From contig OZ251246.1 in the NCBI GenBank assembly GCA_965240325.2, forward strand, positions 868,001 through 932,000: DNA of 64,000 nucleotides, written 5' to 3'. Both the position numbers and the translations under genes were made by a program. The DNA comes from Rebecca billardiae RCC1528 (Eukaryota; Protista; Haptophyta). Below, piece by piece: positions 57,496 to 64,000 of this stretch (its first letter is position 1; the number at the start of each line of letters is the position of its first letter). The notes under the pieces are model-generated. The model did no database searches. It was not told the DNA's origin and saw nothing but the letters and a program-made list of their open reading frames with translations.

Positions 57496-59430
57496 AGCCT
57501 GGTCCATCCCGATTTTCGCCAGTAAAAAAGCCTTTTCGGATTTTGGGCGCCTGATTTCTCCCGATTTCTCGTCGCTCGTCGCGCTCGTCAAAAATCGCCA
57601 CCGGCCGTCCGACGGCTCGCCGCGACGAAGGTCGGGAAGGGGCTCGAGAGCCTCGACTGGACGACTGCGCCGCCTCATGTCAGGTGTAGTGCTGGACACA
57701 TCGTTCGGGTGCCCCGGTGGTGTGCGTGCACACCTTGAGCGACATGTCTGCGTTGCTTCCGCCGCCCGCGGTCCGTCGCCAGGTCGACTTCTCGCCTGAC
57801 GGCGCGCGTCGAACGCTCACCTGCTGGGTTGCGCGGCGCCTTCGAGACGGGCCACCTCGGGTAATATGCGGGCCACGCGACGGCTCGTGTGGGCCACCGC
57901 CTACCCCTAGCATGTACTCGATGCCACCACCAGCGTTGGGCGCGCTGCGCATCGCCAACGCTTCATCCGGCCAGTCCCGTCACGTTTGCGCATGGGTCGT
58001 CCTGAGCGGCGGCTGTCGATTTGTGCTCCTCGTGGAGCTGTATGACGGGCTGGTGGCGAGCAGGATGGCTCGCCTTGCGGTGCTGGGTGTGTACAGTCGC
58101 AGTGTAGTGGCTGCCGGCTGACTCCCATCGCCTGGGTGCTGCTTTACCGTCATGGCCTTTGCTGCGAGCACAAGGTCGAAGATCGTACCGCGGTCTGCGA
58201 GGCAGAGTCGACGGAGTCGTCGCTTGAAGATGGTTGAGAGCGCGCATACGTCTTCCTTGGTGTCGTGCGGCTACTCCAGCACGCAAGGCTCGTGCTCTGG
58301 CACGTGTTTGGTGTCCATGGGTGGCACATTGTGCCATTCGGGTGGCTCGGAAGCACGTGCTCGGGTGTCTTTCCCGTTTACGCGCGGTGGGCCAAGTCAC
58401 CACGCACGGCCAGAGCATGTCATGGCACGCAGAGGGTGCCCATGAACGATCCCCACCCCGGTGGTGGCCGTAGGCGCACTCGAAGCGGTCGCATCGTCAC
58501 CCGCGGATCACATCAGTCCGCCGTTGAGGCTGTCGGGCGAGCAAAGACGTGCGATCTGACCCTTGGACGGGCAGCTAGAATCGCGATTATGCCTCATCTA
58601 AGGACGCACATGTCGTCGTTGTAGGCAGTACTGATGCCCCAAGTGAAAGGGCGGGCGTGGCACGCGACTTGACAGCTTGAATGACTCGATGCACGCCGCC
58701 ATGGACACGCGATCCGGAGGCCATTGCGAACCTGCCGTGTGGCTCACGGCGGCGCGCGTTGTGCCGCAGATCGGCCAGTTGCCACGCAGGAGATGGTCTC
58801 CAGACCAGGTCCAGCACCTGACCGACTGCCGCACGCCTGGCCGGGTGGGAGTCCGGCCCTCTTCTTGTCTGCAGGAGTGCGCGGAAGGCCAGGCGGAGCC
58901 TCGTCCGACCACTGCACCCCGAGCGCCGCACTAATCGTGCAGCCTGGGACAGCTACCCACCTATGGCGAATATGTAACGACATAGTGGCATTTTAATTAT
59001 ACAGGTCCAGAACTCATACTTATGCGGGTACATTGCCCATAATATGCGGGTATAAATGGGTAACATAGTCGATCTTGCAGTAGTTGAGTACGGCCACTTG
59101 CGCACAGACCACAGCCCATCCTAATGGCCTGTACCAGGGTTCATGCTCGCCTCGACGTACGCCAATAAGTAGGTTCGTGCGTTTGGGCTCATTTCGGCTA
59201 AGTACTTACCCACATTCGGACTCACGATTCTCTATGTGTCCGTAGTTGTCCGCGGCGCGCGCGCGCACGCTCACGACGGGCCGCGGATGCGATTTTTAGG
59301 CCGAAACTTTTGCTGCGCCCGGGCTGGGCCCATTTGTTACGCTGTTTCCGGGTGTGAGCGCGTGCCTAGGGGCCCGCGTTCATTTGGCGATAAAATCCCC
59401 GAAAGTGCTCCAGTGCGTTTGGACCAGGCT
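57496..59430. mobile_element. Non-autonomous DNA transposon, 11-bp TIR AGCCTGGTCCA, 9-bp TSD AATGATCAT
   Basis: AATGATCAT|AGCCTGGTCCA at 57487-57506 and TGGACCAGGCT|AATGATCAT at 59420-59439. Confidence 0.85.
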
Positions 59431-59456
59431 AATGATCATCGTCGCATCCGGGCGTG

Positions 59457-59592
59457 TTATTATTCTTATAATAATACTATATATATAAATCTTCTTACAT
59501 ATATATATAATTATTATTATTATTTATGTATTATATATATATTATTATTATATATATAATTATTTAATAATGATAATAATATCTAATATTAA
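59457..59592. repeat. AT-rich low-complexity tract (TAT/TA)n
   Basis: Almost pure A/T stretch. Confidence 0.85.
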
Positions 59593-59930
59593 CCGTGGCG
59601 CACGCGTTGTCAGTCCGGCCGCCGGGGCCGCGCCCACCACGGCCACGACGTGAGCAGAGGCCGAGCTCAATCTGACGGGGCATGGCCTGACGCGTCATGC
59701 CGCCGGCATGATGATTGATGGCGCAGCAAGACGATGAGGCATCCGCCGGAGGACCACGACTACGACCGCCTACGTAGGCCGGGTCACCGCGCGACGCCCG
59801 CCCTCGGCGCGCGGGTCACAGTGATCCGCCGACTGCTCGCTGCTGCCTGCCACCGTGCCCATGCGGCCGCACGGTCATCCCTCGGCACCGCAAGCCGCCG
59901 GTCGTGCGGGGTGCACTCGGAGCAGCGGAC

Positions 59931-60904
59931 TCACTCGACCTGAGTCTTGAAGAAGAGCGTGGCCACCCACACAAAGAGCGCGACGCACGAGTTGCTCAGC
60001 GCCTGGATGGGCACGACCTGCGGTGGGATGAGGACCGAGAGGTAGAAGACGGCGAGGAGGTACCCCGCGCCCGCGAAGAGGGCGACGATCAGCCCGGCCA
60101 GCACCGCGGGCAGCGGCTTGGTCGGCAGGATCTCTCCCACCTGCGGCCCGGCAACACGCACGGCGCACGCACGCACGCGGGCACGTGCCAGGGCGCGCGC
60201 GGGAGGGGCGCGTGTGAGCGCGGCGTGCGCGCGCCCCGCCAGCCTCGCCCGCCCGCGCCCCGCCCTGCGCGCCCGCGCGTCCGCTGCGCGCGCACCTGCC
60301 CAAAGTCGTCACGCACGGGCTCGGGCGTGCCCCGCTGGTAGATGAAGGCGGGCGCAAAGATGAACGAGAAGAACGCCATCTGGTCGGAGACGCCGGGCGC
60401 GACGAGCGAGGCGACGGCGAAGCCGAGGAAGATGCACGACATCTTGACCGCGTGGTTCACGCCGGGCACCTCGACGTACTTGCCGAGCGCCTTGAGGGGC
60501 GCCAGCCAATCGCGCTTCTCCTTAGGCTTCACCAGAGGATCCTTCGGCGCCGGTGTCGCGCCGCTAAGCCGCTGCTTGAGGCGCTGGTCGAGGATGAGGT
60601 CGCGCGCGCGCTCGAGCTGCGCGATGCGCGCCTCGTCCTCGCCCGCCTGCGCCACCAGCGCCGAGAACGCCTCGGTGATCTCGTCGTACGTCGCATCCTC
60701 AGTAATCCCAAGAACGCGGTAGTTGTTTTGGTTGCGCCGCGGCTGGCCACCCGGCGCGGGCATGGCGGCGCTGCTGAGGGAGAGTGCGGAGGCCGGCGAG
60801 ACGTGTGGCCGCCGGCGCGCCGCGGCGGCCGGGGGGCGGCCCACCGAGTACCCGGCCGCGCCGCTCGCGAGCGCGAGCGCTGCCAGCGCCGTGAGCCGAG
60901 CCAT
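59931..60904 (-). CDS. CPP1/DUF3353-like chloroplast J-like membrane protein, 2 exons
   Basis: NNYRVLGITEDATYDEI..IAQLERARDLILDQRLKQRLSG followed by several TM helices. Intron 60295-60141. Signal + transit N-terminus. Confidence 0.75.
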
Positions 60905-61047
60905 CGTTCCCCAGTCCAGCAACCACGTGTCTCGGCGCCGACAGTCCGCGCAATTATTGCCGAATAGGCAGGCGGGTAAGCGGGTAGCATCCGCGACGCT
61001 TGCTGCCGCATCCGGCCTGGAGTTCGTTCCCAAGGATCGCGCTTTCG

Positions 61048-62532
61048 ATGGGCGCGGGGCGTGGGCGCACGCCGCTCCCACTGGCTGCCGCCTTGGTCGC
61101 CACCGCCCGGGTACTGTCCCTCGATGCCGCCAGCGTGCGCGACAAGGCGCTCTTCCCGCGCCACATCTTCGGCGCGACTGAGTCGCTGGACGCGACCTTT
61201 GCGCGCGTCGACGCGGCGCGGCGTGCGGCGCGCGCCGAAGCGGTGCGCGCGGGCACGTACAACGCGACGCTGAGCCTGTACACGCGCACGTGCACGCTGT
61301 TCTACCGGCCGGACCTGCCGGGCGCTCCAGAGCAAGCGCGGTTCCCGCGCTGCCTGCCGCGCGGCGTGCGCTCGCCACTCGGCGCCGCGCTCGCCCTGGA
61401 GAGCATCTGCTACGAGCGGCCGCGCGCGTCGAGGGCGGAGTGGTGGCTGCTGGACGACGACCTCGCGCACCAGACGCCGCACAAGGCGGGCTCGCTCTCG
61501 CACCAGTGGATGCACCGGCTCGACCCCGCGGCGCACGAGCTGGTGCCGATGCGCCGCCGCCGCATCTTCCTGCAGTCACAGACCTGCCAGCGGCGGGTGC
61601 ACCGCCGGCCGAGGAAGCCATTCTTCCTGCGGAATAGGACCAAGGTCGCGTCCGTGCGCGAGCCGCTCGGCCGCTTCCCCGGCGCCCTCAACCAGGTGCT
61701 GCACGCCACGGCGATGACGGGCTTCACATACAAGACGGAGGACGTGTGGGGGTACCCGGTGCTCATCGCGCCCGGCTGCGAGGCGCGCAAGCCCGAGCTG
61801 CTCGCCAGCTTTGTCAGCGGGCTGGTGGGCAACGCCTCCACGCGCGCAAGCGTCGGCCGGTACGGCCACCTGCACCAGGCGGTCGACGCGGCGGAGATGG
61901 CCTCGCAGTTCTGGGAGATGGGCTGCGCCGTGCCGCCTGTGCGCGCGCCAACGGCGCCGCAGCAGCAGCGGCCTAATCGGGCGGAGGAGAGGAAGCAGCC
62001 CCCCAAGCCCAAGCTCAGCACCGCTAACCTCACGCACGTGCCTCTGGACGCGGTGTACCACCTCGAGGGGCTGGCGCGCGTGCCGCCCGAGCGCACGCCG
62101 CCCCTCTCGGCGGCCGCGCCGCCGCCGGCCCAGGCGTCCGCCAAGGCCAAGGGTGCGCGAGGTCGTCGTCCGCTTCGTCCGGCAGCGGGCGGAGAGATGC
62201 CCGAGGAGGTGCGCGCGCAGCTGCGCAGCACGACGTGGCGCGCGCTGCCCGCGCTCACGCCCGCGGCGCCCGCGGCGGAGGGCGCGCCGCCGCCGCGCGC
62301 GGTGCACGCCAGTGGCACGCTCCTGCTCCCGCACCTGCACGCGGGCGCTACCCACGCCGCCGCCCTGAGCGCAGAGCAGCGCGCGTGCGTCGTCTCGCGC
62401 GAGGACCTGGGCCGGGAGCTGCAGCGCCAGCTGTGCGCGCACTACGCGCAAGACTACGTGTGCTTTGACTACCCGCTGCCGCCCGAGTGCCAGCCGCCCT
62501 CGTCAGTGCGAGTGCGAGGCAGTGAACAGTGA
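61048..62532 (+). CDS. Sulfotransferase-like protein (Sulfotransfer_2/CHST type)
   Basis: TPHKAGSLS (PSB-like), KVASVREPLGRF (3'-PB-like), C-terminal LCAHYAQDYVCFDYPLPPEC, N-terminal hydrophobic segment. Confidence 0.62.
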   Translation: MGAGRGRTPLPLAAALVATARVLSLDAASVRDKALFPRHIFGATESLDATFARVDAARRAARAEAVRAGTYNATLSLYTRTCTLFYRPDLPGAPEQARFPRCLPRGVRSPLGAALALESICYERPRASRAEWWLLDDDLAHQTPHKAGSLSHQWMHRLDPAAHELVPMRRRRIFLQSQTCQRRVHRRPRKPFFLRNRTKVASVREPLGRFPGALNQVLHATAMTGFTYKTEDVWGYPVLIAPGCEARKPELLASFVSGLVGNASTRASVGRYGHLHQAVDAAEMASQFWEMGCAVPPVRAPTAPQQQRPNRAEERKQPPKPKLSTANLTHVPLDAVYHLEGLARVPPERTPPLSAAAPPPAQASAKAKGARGRRPLRPAAGGEMPEEVRAQLRSTTWRALPALTPAAPAAEGAPPPRAVHASGTLLLPHLHAGATHAAALSAEQRACVVSREDLGRELQRQLCAHYAQDYVCFDYPLPPECQPPSSVRVRGSEQ

Positions 62533-63605
62533 TCCCGGGGCCGTCGATCGCCGCCAGTGAACGAATGATATAGTAGCTAGAGTGATGCAGCGGCGCGCAG
62601 AGTGAGAGTGCAATCACTAATCAGATACAGAACGCCTGCTACGAATCTAAAGCGGCCTATATACTGCCCGGGCTATGGCACCGGCGCCATGCAAGTGACG
62701 GCCACGGGCGCGGATGATATTCGGCGGCCCGCGCGTATTGCAGCCCGCTGCTAGGCGGCCATATGCCTATGGCCGATGGATAGCGCGGTCGACCAGCCAA
62801 CTCTGGCCGATGGGTATTCGGGCTGATGGGGCCCTGTCCGGCGGCCGGACCGCCGGAGGCCCGCGCCGGCCGCACGGCGGCACGGCGCCACCGCGGGCGC
62901 GTGCGGGGCCGGCCGGCCCGCCGCGCGCGGCGCGCCGCGCGCGGGTGGCCGCGTACGTGCGCGCGCCGCGCCCGGCGCGGGCTGCAGCAGTGAGCAGCAC
63001 TAGTTAGTACTCGGTCGAGTTATCATCCGCGACTACTCATCAGCACGCGCGGTCGCGTAGTCCGAGAGGGCGGCCCCGGGGCTCGGCCGACCCAACTGGC
63101 GGACTTGTTGAGCTCCAGTGGCGCGCGGTCTCGACCAGACCGCGAGGCCGAGCCGCTTGGCAGGTGCGGCATGTGTAGTATGCACAGCACTGTGACTGTG
63201 ACTGTATTATGAGTGCTCGTGAGTCCGACTCCGCCTCCGGGTCGGCGGGTGACGCGAAGAGACTCCGAGAGAGTGCCACTACTACGTGACTCAGTGAGAC
63301 GGCCCGGAACTTTCCCGCCCGGATCACTGCTTCGCCGAGGCCTCAGATATGATTGATCGTCACGTCGTCGCGACGAGCTATAGTCATCATCATTGACGGT
63401 GCTGATGATGATGACGCGGCCGGCGGGCCATGCGGCATGCCACATGGTCATGCCCTGCGCACAGCCCAGCACGCGCAGCTGGCAGCGGGGCTGGCGCGGC
63501 GCATTGTGCGCGCGCGCTGCCAAGCCGCCAAGCTGCAGATCAAGCCATTTGCATTGCTTGGCCACGCGCGCGAGTGTATGCCCGGCCGCGCGGCGCCACT
63601 GTCAA

Positions 63606-63891
63606 TCACGCCGCCTTGGGCTTGCCCGCTTGCCGCGCGCCGCGCGCGCCGCCCGCCTTGCCCGCGAGCAGCGCGTCCTCCGCGCCGTCCACCACCCACG
63701 CGTGCTCCGTCAGCGTGAGGTTCTCCTTCTCAGCCTCGAAGTTCTTCTTGTTGTCCACGGGCTGGCCGGGCATGCCGCCGCCGCCCGGCATCCCGCCCAT
63801 GCTCTGCTGCATCAGCACCGCGTCGTCCGCCTGGTTGTCGCCCAGCACGAGCTGGAAGAGCCCGCGCATGCCGAACATCACCAGGAAGTAC
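63606..63891 (-). CDS. EMC3: ER membrane complex subunit 3, last exon (gene continues beyond the window)
   Basis: YFLVMFGMRGLFQLVLGDNQADD..D.KKNFEAEKENL.L.EH.W; AG acceptor at 63893-63892. Confidence 0.85.
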
Positions 63892-64000
63892 CTGCACGCG
63901 CGCGCGCACGCAGCCGCACACGCGGTGTGTGAGAGAGATGGAGAGCGGGGCCGCAGCGGCGCGCGCGCGGAGCGGCGCGCCGGGGCGCGCGCGCTCAGCC

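Noticed and set aside
58999-59134. Nested mini-MITE with TACAGG..CCTGTA ends
   Set aside because: Only about 6 bp match, too short to distinguish from chance.

Overview
Very GC-rich eukaryotic nuclear DNA, not prokaryotic. It has spliceosomal introns with GTGCGC donors and GCAG acceptors, signal-peptide plus transit-type N-termini, TTAGGG units and long microsatellites. These traits fit a haptophyte alga such as a Pavlovophyceae/Diacronema-like species (inference). About 22 protein genes can be supported: two sulfotransferases, a spliced B3-domain transcription factor, two 2OG-Fe(II) dioxygenases, a large PHD-finger protein with a putative glycosyltransferase-like domain, an SLC25 carrier, a secreted SAM methyltransferase, a Sel1-repeat/MYND protein, FCF1/Utp24, an ankyrin protein, a DUF2256 protein, GT61, an FHA-RINGv-FHA protein, PA28, GT8, a TBC Rab-GAP, a possible APC16-like mini-gene, an extensin-like membrane protein with an OmpA-like tail, a CPP1-like J protein and the 3' end of EMC3. 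Most of the very long ORFs in the supplied track are GC-driven shadow frames. The intergenic DNA holds four transposase-less DNA elements identified by eye from TIRs and TSDs (19017-20731, 25687-27729, 47352-47857, 57496-59430). One has a bipartite CACAGTG-initiated, RSS-like TIR. There is also a sharply CpG-depleted island and a telomeric insertion inside an intron. I found no single clear-cut novel multi-gene system. The strongest leads are the unusual domain fusions and the element ends. All family calls come from motif recognition, with no database search.
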